60,255 nucleotides of DNA, filler included, from 4 parts of 4 records of this genome joined end to end with filler, not necessarily neighbours in it; one strand, 5' to 3'. Positions 42,189 to 52,273 are shown, numbered from the whole stretch's first letter. Numbers and translations are program-made. Notes: a model not told the origin generated them from the letters alone.

Positions 42189-42269
42189 ATATTTTGTGAT
42201 TTTTTCAATAGATCAAATTGTCTTTTTTTTGTCTCATTTTATGGTTTCTTAGGTTCATTCGTAATATAA

Positions 42270-44555
42270 TTGACTAATGACTCAAGAAAGGTTACTTTGC
42301 AAAAAGATTACTTAATTAATAGATTATTTTTATTATCACTTTTTTTAATCTTAGAATTTATTCTTTTGTATACAGTTGAAAGATATTATGATAATGAACA
42401 AAAAAAAGTCTTAGAGCAAAATTTGATAGATACAAAAAATCAATTTGAAACTATAAATAAAACTCTTGATAATCTTGCCAATGCTTCATTTAAAGGATTT
42501 ATCGATAGAGAAGAAGTAAAAAAAGCTTTTGCCAATAGAGATAGAGATAAATTATTTGACTTATTAGAAATCAACTACACTTATCTAAAATCTTTTGGAT
42601 TTAAACAAGTACATTTCCATCTGCCAAATAGACACTCTTTTTTAAGAATGCATAAACCAGAAAAATCAGGTGATGATTTAACATCATTTAGATATAGCGT
42701 TGATTATACAAATGAATACCATAAATCAATAAAGGGTTTTGAAACAGGCAGGGTTCTTCCTGGGATAAGAAATGTTTATCCAATATTTTATAAAGATAAA
42801 TATATTGGAAGTGTTGAGATGTCTTTTAGTATAGAAAAATTTATAAAAGAAATAGAAAAAGTTTATAATGTTTATACTCATTTTTTAATAGAAAAAGATA
42901 TGTTTGATAAAACAGTGTTTGCAGAAGATAAAAAATTTTATAAACAAAGTATTGAAAATAAAAAATATATTGAATTAAAAAGGGAAGGTGTAAATAGTTT
43001 TTTTAAAGAGATAACTTTTGATAAAGAATTATTAGGATTTATAGATAAAGAGTTATCAATAAAAAAACAATTTAACTTTGATATTCAGATAAATAAAGAT
43101 TCTAAAATAGAAGATGAACATAAACATATCATAGTAACTTTTTTACCTGTTGTAAATATAAAAGGTGACAATGTAATGTTTTTTGTTTTTTACAAAGAAA
43201 GTAAAAACTTAAAAATTATAGAAAGCCATAGAGAAAGTAAAAAGATTATTTTTTCAATAATGCTTTTTGGTACATTTGTCCTTTTATATTTATTAATGAG
43301 AAACAATGAAATCACTTTAAAATCAAAAGAGTTTATAGAAAAAGAGAAAACAAAGTATAAAGATTTGATGAGTTTAGCCACAGATGGTATTCATATTTTG
43401 GATAAAAATGGGAATATATATGAAGTAAACACTACTTTTCAAGATATGCTAGGTTACACAACTGATGAGATAAAAACTTTAAATGTAAAGGATTTTGATG
43501 TTTATTTACCTCAAGATAGTTTAATTGATAAGATTGAAGAATTGATTAAATCAGCACAGGCTTTTAATACAAAGCATCAAAAAAAAGATGGAAGTATAAT
43601 AGAAGTTCAAATAAATGCAAAAGGTTTAGAAATCAACGGAGAAACTTATCTTTATGCATCATCAAGAGATATTACAGAAGAAAGAAATGCTTATAGAAAG
43701 TTACAAAAATTTATCGATTTACAAGATAATATTGTAGTTGTAACAGATTTAAATAAATTGTCATTTGCAAATAAAAGGTTTATTGAATTTACAGGTTTTA
43801 ATGATATTGAGCAATTTAATGATAGAGTTGAAAGTATTTGTGATCTTTTTGTTGAAAATGACAGATTTTTTCATCAAGGTAAACTTTTAGAAAAAGAAAA
43901 TTGGATTGATTATCTAGAGAGAATTCCACACTCAAAAAGAATAGTGGGAATGTTGAAATATGACTATAATCTTCATGCCTTTGCTGTTACTGTAAATAGA
44001 TTTGAAGATGACTATTTTATATTGACTTTTACGAATATCACACAAACAATGTTAAATCATATAAAATTAGAAGATAAAACTATACATGACAAAATGACAA
44101 ACGCCTTCAATAGAGAATATTTTGAACAAAATTCAAAAAGTATTTTAAAAGAGTTTACTAAAGATAATAGTTCTTTAGGTATAGCCTTTTTAGATATTGA
44201 CCATTTTAAATCAGTAAATGATACTTTTGGACATGATATTGGGGATGAAGTTTTGATTCACTTTGTTAAAACAATTCAAAAGTTTTCAAGAGAAAACGAT
44301 ATTTTAATTAGATGGGGAGGAGAAGAGTTTATCTTTTTACTTAAAATCAATTCAAATGAAAGTCTGACTAAAGCCTTAGAACATATAAGAAAAGTAATAG
44401 AGTTAGAAAATTTCAATATTGTAGGACATATTACTTGCTCTATTGGTGGATCTTTATATATTGAAGGGGAATCTCTTTCAACAACAATAAAAAGAGCAGA
44501 TGCAGCAGTTTATAAAGCAAAAAACAATGGTAGAAATAGGGTAGAGATAGATTAA
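42270..44555 (+). CDS. Membrane sensor diguanylate cyclase (Cache-like, PAS, GGDEF)
   Basis: Two TM helices, SFLRMHKP, PAS domain, DIDHFKSVNDTFGH, RWGGEEF. Confidence 0.9.
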   Translation: MTNDSRKVTLQKDYLINRLFLLSLFLILEFILLYTVERYYDNEQKKVLEQNLIDTKNQFETINKTLDNLANASFKGFIDREEVKKAFANRDRDKLFDLLEINYTYLKSFGFKQVHFHLPNRHSFLRMHKPEKSGDDLTSFRYSVDYTNEYHKSIKGFETGRVLPGIRNVYPIFYKDKYIGSVEMSFSIEKFIKEIEKVYNVYTHFLIEKDMFDKTVFAEDKKFYKQSIENKKYIELKREGVNSFFKEITFDKELLGFIDKELSIKKQFNFDIQINKDSKIEDEHKHIIVTFLPVVNIKGDNVMFFVFYKESKNLKIIESHRESKKIIFSIMLFGTFVLLYLLMRNNEITLKSKEFIEKEKTKYKDLMSLATDGIHILDKNGNIYEVNTTFQDMLGYTTDEIKTLNVKDFDVYLPQDSLIDKIEELIKSAQAFNTKHQKKDGSIIEVQINAKGLEINGETYLYASSRDITEERNAYRKLQKFIDLQDNIVVVTDLNKLSFANKRFIEFTGFNDIEQFNDRVESICDLFVENDRFFHQGKLLEKENWIDYLERIPHSKRIVGMLKYDYNLHAFAVTVNRFEDDYFILTFTNITQTMLNHIKLEDKTIHDKMTNAFNREYFEQNSKSILKEFTKDNSSLGIAFLDIDHFKSVNDTFGHDIGDEVLIHFVKTIQKFSRENDILIRWGGEEFIFLLKINSNESLTKALEHIRKVIELENFNIVGHITCSIGGSLYIEGESLSTTIKRADAAVYKAKNNGRNRVEID

Positions 44556-44556
44556 T

Positions 44557-44661
44557 CTATCCTTTCAACCCTTTTCTCATACTCTCCACAAGTTCATCGC
44601 TAGCTTTTGTACTTGTAAAATATTCGAATGCTAAAACACCTTGATAAAGAAGCATATCATC
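44557..44661 (-). pseudogene. aroE: Orphan 3' fragment resembling the shikimate dehydrogenase C-terminus; probable att junction
   Basis: DDMLLYQGVLAFEYF resembles the AroE (G)xxMLxxQxxxxF motif; upstream sequence is non-coding and leads into the integrase. Confidence 0.65.
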
Positions 44662-44785
44662 TATACTATTAAGTTTACATAAAAATACAAACAAATACAA
44701 AAGCCTATAAAATAGGGATTTATCTAAGCTTTTTTTAGTTATAATTTTACAAATAAATACATTTAAAAACATATTTCTACACTTT

Positions 44786-44828
44786 TAGGGTAGCTATAAG
44801 GTAGCTAAAATATCTTATTAGGGTAGCA
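44786..44828 (+). repeat. Putative integrase arm-type binding sites
   Basis: TAGGGTAGCT (44786), TAAGGTAGCT (44797), TAGGGTAGCA (44819) direct repeats. Confidence 0.6.
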
Positions 44829-44846
44829 TAAAAAGTAGGTAAAATT

Positions 44847-45959
44847 ATGGCACAAAGAATAAAATCTAAAAAGTACCCGGGTGTTTATTACAGAGAGCTA
44901 AGTAATGGTGATAAATCTTATGATATAACTTATAAAGTTGATAATAAAAAAGTTTGGCTAAAAATAGGCTTACATAGTGAGGGTATAAGAGAAGCATTCT
45001 GTCATCAAAAAAGAAATGAAATAGTGACTAAACAAAGATTGGGAGAAGAACTACCTCTTGTAGCATCTAAAAAGACTTCTAAGACACTATTAGAACTTGC
45101 AAAAGAGTTTTATGATTATAAAGAGCTTTATAATAAACAAAATAAAAAAACTAGATCAAGAGTAGAAAATAGATTAAATGATCACTTTATTGGTAATAAG
45201 GCTGTAAAAATAATAACTAAATCTGATATGGAAAATTTCCAAATAGAGATACAAAAAGATTTAATGCCTGCAACAGTTAATTTTATAATGCAACAAGTTG
45301 GTGGTATATTTATTTGGGCAATAGAAAATGAAGTACTTGATAAAAATCCTTGTAAAGGAATAAAAAAGCTAAAAGTAAATAACTCAAGACTTAGATATCT
45401 TGAAATAGATGAAATAAAAATGCTTACACGAACTCTTAAAAATGATAAGATAGCATACTACTTTGTGATGTTAAGTTTAGCAACGGGAGGAAGACTACAA
45501 ACGATATGTCATATAAAACCATCTGATATAAAAGAAAATGGAACAATAAAACTATATGACTTTAAAAATAGTAGTGAATACTATGGATTTATAAATGAAG
45601 AACTTAGAAATGAAGTAGAGCAGTTTATATCAGATCAAAGTATAAAAAAAGATGACTTTCTATTTAAAACTACAAAAAATCAAAATTATACAAATCAATA
45701 CTATTATAGAAAACTGCAACCTATATTTGATATTCTTTTCAATCCAGAAGGAATAGAATCACTAAACAAAGTAACTATACATACTTTAAGACATACATTT
45801 GCAAGTCAACTAGCTATAAATGAAACACCAATACTTACAATCAAAAAACTTATGAATCATAATGATATAAATGCAACTATGAGATATGCAAAATTGAGTA
45901 AGAGTAGTGGGGAAAAGCATGTAGATGCATTTATAAAATTTTTTTTAAATAGTAAATAA
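44847..45959 (+). CDS. Tyrosine recombinase/integrase
   Basis: TGGR (Arg), HTLRHTFAS (HxxR), LMNH, MRY (Tyr); N-terminal arm-binding-like YPGVYYR. Confidence 0.95.
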   Translation: MAQRIKSKKYPGVYYRELSNGDKSYDITYKVDNKKVWLKIGLHSEGIREAFCHQKRNEIVTKQRLGEELPLVASKKTSKTLLELAKEFYDYKELYNKQNKKTRSRVENRLNDHFIGNKAVKIITKSDMENFQIEIQKDLMPATVNFIMQQVGGIFIWAIENEVLDKNPCKGIKKLKVNNSRLRYLEIDEIKMLTRTLKNDKIAYYFVMLSLATGGRLQTICHIKPSDIKENGTIKLYDFKNSSEYYGFINEELRNEVEQFISDQSIKKDDFLFKTTKNQNYTNQYYYRKLQPIFDILFNPEGIESLNKVTIHTLRHTFASQLAINETPILTIKKLMNHNDINATMRYAKLSKSSGEKHVDAFIKFFLNSK

Positions 45960-46016
45960 TTTGCTAATAATTTATCTTTTTGTATAATATCTAATAATAT
46001 TATTAAAGGTTTTATA

Positions 46017-48851
46017 ATGAATTCTCATATTAATATATTGAAAAAATCAAATGATAAAAATAAATTAACAATTTTTGTTGGTTCTGGAATCTCTGCAAGT
46101 TCTGATTTACCACTTTGGAGTGATTTAATTAAAATGATTAAAAGTGAGTTAGGAATAAATGATAAAGAAAATGATTACTTAAAAATTGCGCAATTATATT
46201 ATTTGTCATGTGGAGAAACAGTTTATTATCAGAGAATTAGAGAGTTTTTCCCTGATAATATAGAACCAACAATAATTCAAAAATTAATTTTTGAATTAAA
46301 ACCTGCAAATATTATTACTACAAATTGGGACATTCTACTTGAAAAAACTGCTAGAGAGAATGGATATATATATGATGTAATATCAAAGGATGAACATTTA
46401 GTGCAATCTGAACTAGAAAATCATATTATTAAAATGCACGGAGATTTTAGAGATAATAATATTGTTTTTAAGGAAGATGACTATATTAATTATAAACATA
46501 ATTTTCCATTAATTGAGAATTTTATTAAAAGTCTTTTATCAACAAATACAATATTATTTTTAGGGTATTCTTATAGTGATATAAATTTAAAACAAATTTC
46601 GAAATGGATACAAAACAATTCTAAGTCCATGCCACCAATGTTTTTAGTTGTTTTTAAGGAAGATAAAAATCAAAGTAAGTATTTAGAAAATTTTGGAATA
46701 AAAACAATTATTATTGAAAAAGAAGATAAAAAATTTGGATTAGATACTTATTCTAATAAAATAGCTACATTTTTAACAGAACTTAATTTAGATATAGATT
46801 GTTTCAATAATACGGATAAAATGTCTGATTTGGAAGTTATAAATTTTATTTATAATAAATTAAAACCATTAAATGAATTAGAAGGGATTCTATTAAATCA
46901 ATTACAAAAGACATTAACAAATTGTGGTTTTAGTTTTATTCCTTTTAATTCTGGCAATTATGTATTTTTAGAGTTTTATGATGTGTTAGCAACATATGAT
47001 ATTGATCAAAATAATAGAAAAATATATAATAAATTTAGAGATATTTTAAATAATTTTAGTGATGAATATTCACAAGAAGTTAAAGAAAAGATCTTCTTTA
47101 TTATTTCAGTTTTTTACAAAACCAATATAAATGGGTATATTAAAGTGTCAGATAAAAACATTGTCAGAAGTGCAAGACAAAATGAAGAATTTGCATTTTT
47201 TAAAATACCAATAAAGACAGATCAATATAAAAAACATTTATTTAATTTTAACTTTAAGGATTTTGAAGTAAAAGAAGATGATATTAAAAGATTAAGAGAA
47301 AAAACTTTTTTTTATTATCAAAGGTATGAATATCATAAAGCTTTTAATTTGAATGAAAAGGTTATAAAGTTGTGTCTTAAACAACAAAATTATATACAAT
47401 TATTCTTAGCTATGTTTAATCATAATATTCTTTTAAATAAATTACAAGATCCTTGGTATTCAGAAGATACTAACGAAAAAGACAAGTATCAAATAGCTGA
47501 AGATAATATGCACTTAAAAGGTTATAATCTTGATGAAAAATTTTATGAGCTTCCTAAAACTATTCAGAAAGTTTTATCTGAAATAAAACCTTTCTTAAGT
47601 TACGACTATTTGTATAGATTCTCTTCTGAAGTTGATGATGAACTTGATAAAAAAAATAAACAAAAGAAAGCAATTGAAAATAATAGTGGCATGAGTTGGG
47701 AAACTAATGTAACAAGAAATTATTCTAAACATAAAAATCTAATTTGTTTTGTATTAAATAACTTAATGATGATAGAACGAATATATGAATTTAATAATGT
47801 TAATAAAAAATTAATTAGAATTAGTCTAATACGGCAAATGCAAAAAGAATACTTTACATTAGATAAATTAGAGCTTTTTGTAGTTATTAAATATATATCT
47901 TATAAAGATTTGTTTGAACTTATAAAAGACTTTAAAGATTTTAAATTAAAAATAGATATGAAAACTTTAAATTGGCTTACAATTAAAATTTTTTCTAATA
48001 TTGTTAAATTATATATTGAGAATAAAAGTTTATATTCGCATTTTAATGACGAAATAAAAAAAGTATTATATTTATCTAGTATGAATTCATTATCAAACAA
48101 ACAATTAGGCGTTATGTTAAAACAAATAAAAATATTAATTAATTGTAGAAAAATTGACTTAGATATTTATGAGTTTATCAATAGGCTTGTTGATAGTCAA
48201 AAGAATATTAAAAAAGAAGATTTGATAGAAATTATTGAAATGATGATAGATAAAATTATTTGTAATAAAGGTAATATATGGGACTATGAAGTAATAGAAA
48301 AAAATTATTTCTGGAGTCCATTTAAGCATTTAGGTAGTCAAGATATTTTATATGAAAATATAGATTTAATTAAAAAATTTTTACAAGAGTTGAATGGATT
48401 TAATAACAAACAAAAAATACAATTATCAAAAGGCTTTTTGTTTAACTTATATCTTATTTCAAATGAAGAGATTAAAGAACTTATTAAAGATTTTATACTG
48501 AGCATAAATCTAGATGATATATGTGAGCCAAATCTTAAAAATTTAGATATTAATAATACTCAAGATTTTGATTTTGATGGACTGATTAATTATGGACTAA
48601 AAATATCATTCAAACTTTTTTTAGCAATTCAGAAATTTATTGAAATTGATGATCAACTTATAAAAGAAATTAAAAAATATCCAGAAATGGATAAAGATAA
48701 TTTGTACTTTTTAGGAGAGGTTACTGGACAAATTAGATATTTAGTTGAGCAAATGGATATAGAAGAGTTAGAAGATCTATTAAAAGTGCTATTAAAAACT
48801 ATTGATGATGTTAATGCAAAACAAAAAGATATTAATAGAATGATAATTTAA
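46017..48851 (+). CDS. SIR2_2-domain large protein, DSR2-like putative anti-phage NADase
   Basis: FVGSGIS, ITTNWD, KMHG, EDDYINY..NFPLI, LFLGYSYSD; long helical C-terminus; upstream TTGCTA-N16-TATAAT. Confidence 0.82.
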   Translation: MNSHINILKKSNDKNKLTIFVGSGISASSDLPLWSDLIKMIKSELGINDKENDYLKIAQLYYLSCGETVYYQRIREFFPDNIEPTIIQKLIFELKPANIITTNWDILLEKTARENGYIYDVISKDEHLVQSELENHIIKMHGDFRDNNIVFKEDDYINYKHNFPLIENFIKSLLSTNTILFLGYSYSDINLKQISKWIQNNSKSMPPMFLVVFKEDKNQSKYLENFGIKTIIIEKEDKKFGLDTYSNKIATFLTELNLDIDCFNNTDKMSDLEVINFIYNKLKPLNELEGILLNQLQKTLTNCGFSFIPFNSGNYVFLEFYDVLATYDIDQNNRKIYNKFRDILNNFSDEYSQEVKEKIFFIISVFYKTNINGYIKVSDKNIVRSARQNEEFAFFKIPIKTDQYKKHLFNFNFKDFEVKEDDIKRLREKTFFYYQRYEYHKAFNLNEKVIKLCLKQQNYIQLFLAMFNHNILLNKLQDPWYSEDTNEKDKYQIAEDNMHLKGYNLDEKFYELPKTIQKVLSEIKPFLSYDYLYRFSSEVDDELDKKNKQKKAIENNSGMSWETNVTRNYSKHKNLICFVLNNLMMIERIYEFNNVNKKLIRISLIRQMQKEYFTLDKLELFVVIKYISYKDLFELIKDFKDFKLKIDMKTLNWLTIKIFSNIVKLYIENKSLYSHFNDEIKKVLYLSSMNSLSNKQLGVMLKQIKILINCRKIDLDIYEFINRLVDSQKNIKKEDLIEIIEMMIDKIICNKGNIWDYEVIEKNYFWSPFKHLGSQDILYENIDLIKKFLQELNGFNNKQKIQLSKGFLFNLYLISNEEIKELIKDFILSINLDDICEPNLKNLDINNTQDFDFDGLINYGLKISFKLFLAIQKFIEIDDQLIKEIKKYPEMDKDNLYFLGEVTGQIRYLVEQMDIEELEDLLKVLLKTIDDVNAKQKDINRMII

Positions 48852-48872
48852 AATATTCATAAAGGTTAAAAT

Positions 48873-50204
48873 ATGAAAGAATTTGAAGAGACTATTAAAC
48901 AATTATTTGAATATGTACATGAATATGCATTTAATAATCTTGAATTAACGTTAGAAAATCCACCTCAAAATTGGACAACTGAAGAAAGTGAAAAATTTAC
49001 TGAATACGTACATATTGGCTTCAAAAAGGGGCAAGAGTTAGTCTTAGCTAACATAATAAAATATGAAAGTGATTTATCTGAATTAAACAGTAATCTAAAA
49101 CTAAGCCGGAAAGAAAAAAATAAAAATTTAGAAAATACAACTCAAGAGACTATTAGTTTAATTAATTATAAAATTAGTATATTAAGAATATTTATGGATT
49201 TTATAGCTTGGCAATTTTTAGGACAACAATATTATAAAGTTAGAAGATTTTATGATATGAATAAGAAATATAATTCAAGACCAACCTTGTCAACATCAAA
49301 TATTGAATCTGTCAAAAGTGCTATTGATTATTATCATTCTCTTAGTCCTTTAAATTTTGCTTTAATTTCAGATTTGACATCCTTTATTGATATTGGAGAT
49401 ATTTTATTAATGGATAATTACCAAGTAGTACCAATAGAAATAAAAGAGGGACAAAAAAATAAAGAGATATTTGATTTTTTATTTAAGCAAAAAATACCTT
49501 CAAATCCTGAAGTAATAGATGATAAGTTTATAAAACAATCAAAAAGAGTTTTAAATCAAGTAAAAAGAGGTCAGTTATTATCCAATGTACTTAAAGATGA
49601 AAAAGGTGTAGATCCATTTACAGAGCTAAAAACTGAAGTTAATAGTGAAGCTTTTGAATTAGAAACTTATACTTCAGAATTTGAAAAAATGATTGATAAT
49701 TTAAAAGATAAAAATTATTCCTATAATATTATTGAAGATGTAATTTCTATTGGAATCTATCAAAAAGATTTTATAACAGCAGGTGAGACATTAATTCCAT
49801 ATTTAAATAAAGAAATGTTTGGTAAAGATTACCCAGTTTTTAATTTTAGAAGTAAAATAAATATACCAATATCTGAACCTATCTTTTATCTAGGGTTATC
49901 CAAAGAAACCATTTTTGATATTTTATTTGGAAGAATAAATATTATAATATCAATCAATATTGATAAGTTCATTGAACTATGTAAATTAAATGGTTTAGAT
50001 GCAGGTTATTTATCAAAAAAAGAAACAATGAATAGAAAGAAAAAAGGTGAACTTCCACTTTTTGAATTTGAAAAACAAAATATTCAAATAGATGGTGCTC
50101 TTATTCATGGATTAATTAATAGAATGATTTTTGACCTTGTAAAGCCATCATCAATTATAAAGTATTTAAAAATACAACTAAAAGAAAGTAATGAAAATAC
50201 TTAA
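48873..50204 (+). CDS. Hypothetical protein with PD-(D/E)xK-like nuclease motif
   Basis: SDLTSFIDIGDILL...PIEIKEG; starts 21 nt after the Sir2 gene with an AAGG RBS. Confidence 0.6.
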   Translation: MKEFEETIKQLFEYVHEYAFNNLELTLENPPQNWTTEESEKFTEYVHIGFKKGQELVLANIIKYESDLSELNSNLKLSRKEKNKNLENTTQETISLINYKISILRIFMDFIAWQFLGQQYYKVRRFYDMNKKYNSRPTLSTSNIESVKSAIDYYHSLSPLNFALISDLTSFIDIGDILLMDNYQVVPIEIKEGQKNKEIFDFLFKQKIPSNPEVIDDKFIKQSKRVLNQVKRGQLLSNVLKDEKGVDPFTELKTEVNSEAFELETYTSEFEKMIDNLKDKNYSYNIIEDVISIGIYQKDFITAGETLIPYLNKEMFGKDYPVFNFRSKINIPISEPIFYLGLSKETIFDILFGRINIIISINIDKFIELCKLNGLDAGYLSKKETMNRKKKGELPLFEFEKQNIQIDGALIHGLINRMIFDLVKPSSIIKYLKIQLKESNENT

Positions 50205-50228
50205 CTTATCCACCTTTTTTGTCTCAGT

Positions 50229-50800
50229 TATCTTCACTCTTTTTATTTAACTTCCTTTTGCCTTTAGATATGTCAAAATGATATGGTAGGGAATGGCTCT
50301 TGAGTGAAGATACCTTGCCCTTGTAACAATTTGAATTTAACAATTTGTTACAGGACAAGTTAAGTTTATTTTACAAATGACACGGCTTTTGCAGGACTTT
50401 CGTTTCGATTTAAGTAGATCATTGTTCAGCTCTTAATCTACAACATAATTACACTAGACGGCTCCCCTTATCTAATAACCTATATATTTAAAAAATCTAG
50501 TAAAAGTATTATTACTTCTTTAAAAACCTCTGTTTTATATATTAACTAGTAAACATATAGGAATGTTCTTGCTACTGCTTTCGCAGATGAGCGGGCATCT
50601 CCAAGGTGAATCGTACCACATACACTTCCTCACACCTTGCTGATTTGGTCTCTTGTTTGGCTATGATTATTTTCGGTAAGTTCATTCTCACCTTATGCAA
50701 GTTTTTATTTTTTATTGTAAGATTTCGCTTACTGTACAGTCCTTACATTCTACCGCTTATATAGTTTTTATGAACATTGCTTTATCCTCAACACTTAAGT
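50229..50800 (-). ncRNA. Candidate large structured RNA
   Basis: No ORF of 60 aa or more; many nested stems; GAAA tetraloop and G-U wobbles only on the minus strand. Confidence 0.5.
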
Positions 50801-50831
50801 TGATTTTTTTTAAGAAATCTGGATTAAAAGC

Positions 50832-50860
50832 TTGAAATTTATTTAGATATTTGTTAAGAT
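50832..50860 (+). promoter_or_regulatory. Putative counter-transcript promoter
   Basis: TTGAAA-N17-TAAGAT directly upstream of the 50873-50913 hairpin. Confidence 0.45.
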
Positions 50861-50934
50861 GTTATACTTTTTTAGCAATTCTTTAGTGGCCAAACTAACA
50901 AGAAGAATTGCTAGAACCTCCTTGTATTGAGATA

Positions 50935-51186
50935 TTAATAGTCCACTTTTATACATTGTTTACTTTTCTCAAGTTGATAATTAACTACATTTTGAACAGG
51001 AAACATAATCCCTTTTTTTGCTTCAATGAATTCTGGACAGTCAATTGCTGCTTTTCTTCTTTCATCAAGAGTTCTTGTACTTATTCCTAAAGCTTCAGCA
51101 CAATCTTTTGATCTAAGCATGACTCCATACTTGGAGATTAAAGCTTGTAGCATTGATGTAAAAATGATTTCATGTGAAATATTCAA
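50935..51186 (-). CDS. Excisionase/AlpA-like winged-helix protein
   Basis: LRSKDCAEALGISTRTLDERR...P HTH_17-like pattern; TTG start. Confidence 0.75.
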   Translation of the reverse strand: MNISHEIIFTSMLQALISKYGVMLRSKDCAEALGISTRTLDERRKAAIDCPEFIEAKKGIMFPVQNVVNYQLEKSKQCIKVDY

Positions 51187-51385
51187 AACATTACCTTATA
51201 CATAAAAATGAAATTAAGTTCTGAAATTGAAAGTAAGTCGGCAAACTCATAATTCAATTATAAATACTTAGAGCTCAACAATATCAGGCGATATTGTTAT
51301 CTGAGCCTTATTCGCTTGCCGAGCTCTAAATATTTATGGATTAGAGAAGTTTAATAAATTAGAAAAATTAAAAATAGGGGATTTT

Positions 51386-52126
51386 TTATAAATTTTTATC
51401 TAATTCAATTTGGGGCTTGTCTATAAGCTGTTTAAAAAAAGATTTTTTGTCTTTTTCTTGAAGAGTTCGTTTAATATCAGAGTTGTATTTATATACAGTA
51501 GATACAATATTCTTATTAATAGTTTTTGTGATTTGAGTGTTTGAATATTTTGCAATAAAGTGATAATAAGCTATATAAATATAATATTCTACTTTTTCAA
51601 TTAGTTCATCATAAGATTTAACTGTATTCAAAAGTTTTGGATAAAAAACTACTTCTTTTTGTATTTTCTCATCTATATTTTTACTGTTACCATTAATAAG
51701 TTGCGTACAAAAGAATTTAGTCATAAATGTAGGAATTATAGGGTACCGTTCTATTTCATTTTTTAATTCATCGTCAAAACCTTCTTTTCTTGTTGAAAGA
51801 AGCACTTCTTCTATATTTGTACCTGTTAAATTATTATCTAAAATTAGTTGTATAATAATTCTAAATTCTTCAAAGGTTAGTAAAATCTTTTTCAATTCAG
51901 AGTGCTTGATTGAGATAGGTTTATTAAAATATGAAATATAATCAGTATGATAATAAAAGTTAGATTTTAAAAGGTTTGTTAAAAAGTTAACTTTTTTCTG
52001 ATGTTCTAAGCTATCCCAATATAAATTAATAGCAAGTAGATTTTTTTCATTTTGAAATATTTCATGTTCATCTAATTCACATAATAAAAAATTTTGTAAA
52101 ATAGGCTCTATATCTTCAAACATCAA
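51386..52126 (-). CDS. Hypothetical protein of the element
   Basis: 246-aa ORF with GGAG RBS; no motif recognised. Confidence 0.7.
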   Translation of the reverse strand: MMFEDIEPILQNFLLCELDEHEIFQNEKNLLAINLYWDSLEHQKKVNFLTNLLKSNFYYHTDYISYFNKPISIKHSELKKILLTFEEFRIIIQLILDNNLTGTNIEEVLLSTRKEGFDDELKNEIERYPIIPTFMTKFFCTQLINGNSKNIDEKIQKEVVFYPKLLNTVKSYDELIEKVEYYIYIAYYHFIAKYSNTQITKTINKNIVSTVYKYNSDIKRTLQEKDKKSFFKQLIDKPQIELDKNL

Positions 52127-52273
52127 TATTCTCCAAAGTTTTGATAAAAATCATAACTTATAATGTTTTTTATTGCAATCGTCATATAGCGATATTTTGT
52201 TGCAATATGCAATAATTTAAAAATGATTTAAAAAAATAGTGTAAAATTGATTTATTAAATCAAAGGGGTCAAA

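Noticed and set aside
44557-44772. 71-aa ORF as a real gene
   Set aside because: Chimeric read-through of non-coding att DNA into the aroE-like fragment
50440-50470. Minus-strand GAGCCGT resembling the start of group II intron domain V
   Set aside because: No complementary ACGGTTC arm or GNRA-capped 34-nt hairpin follows, and no RT gene is nearby
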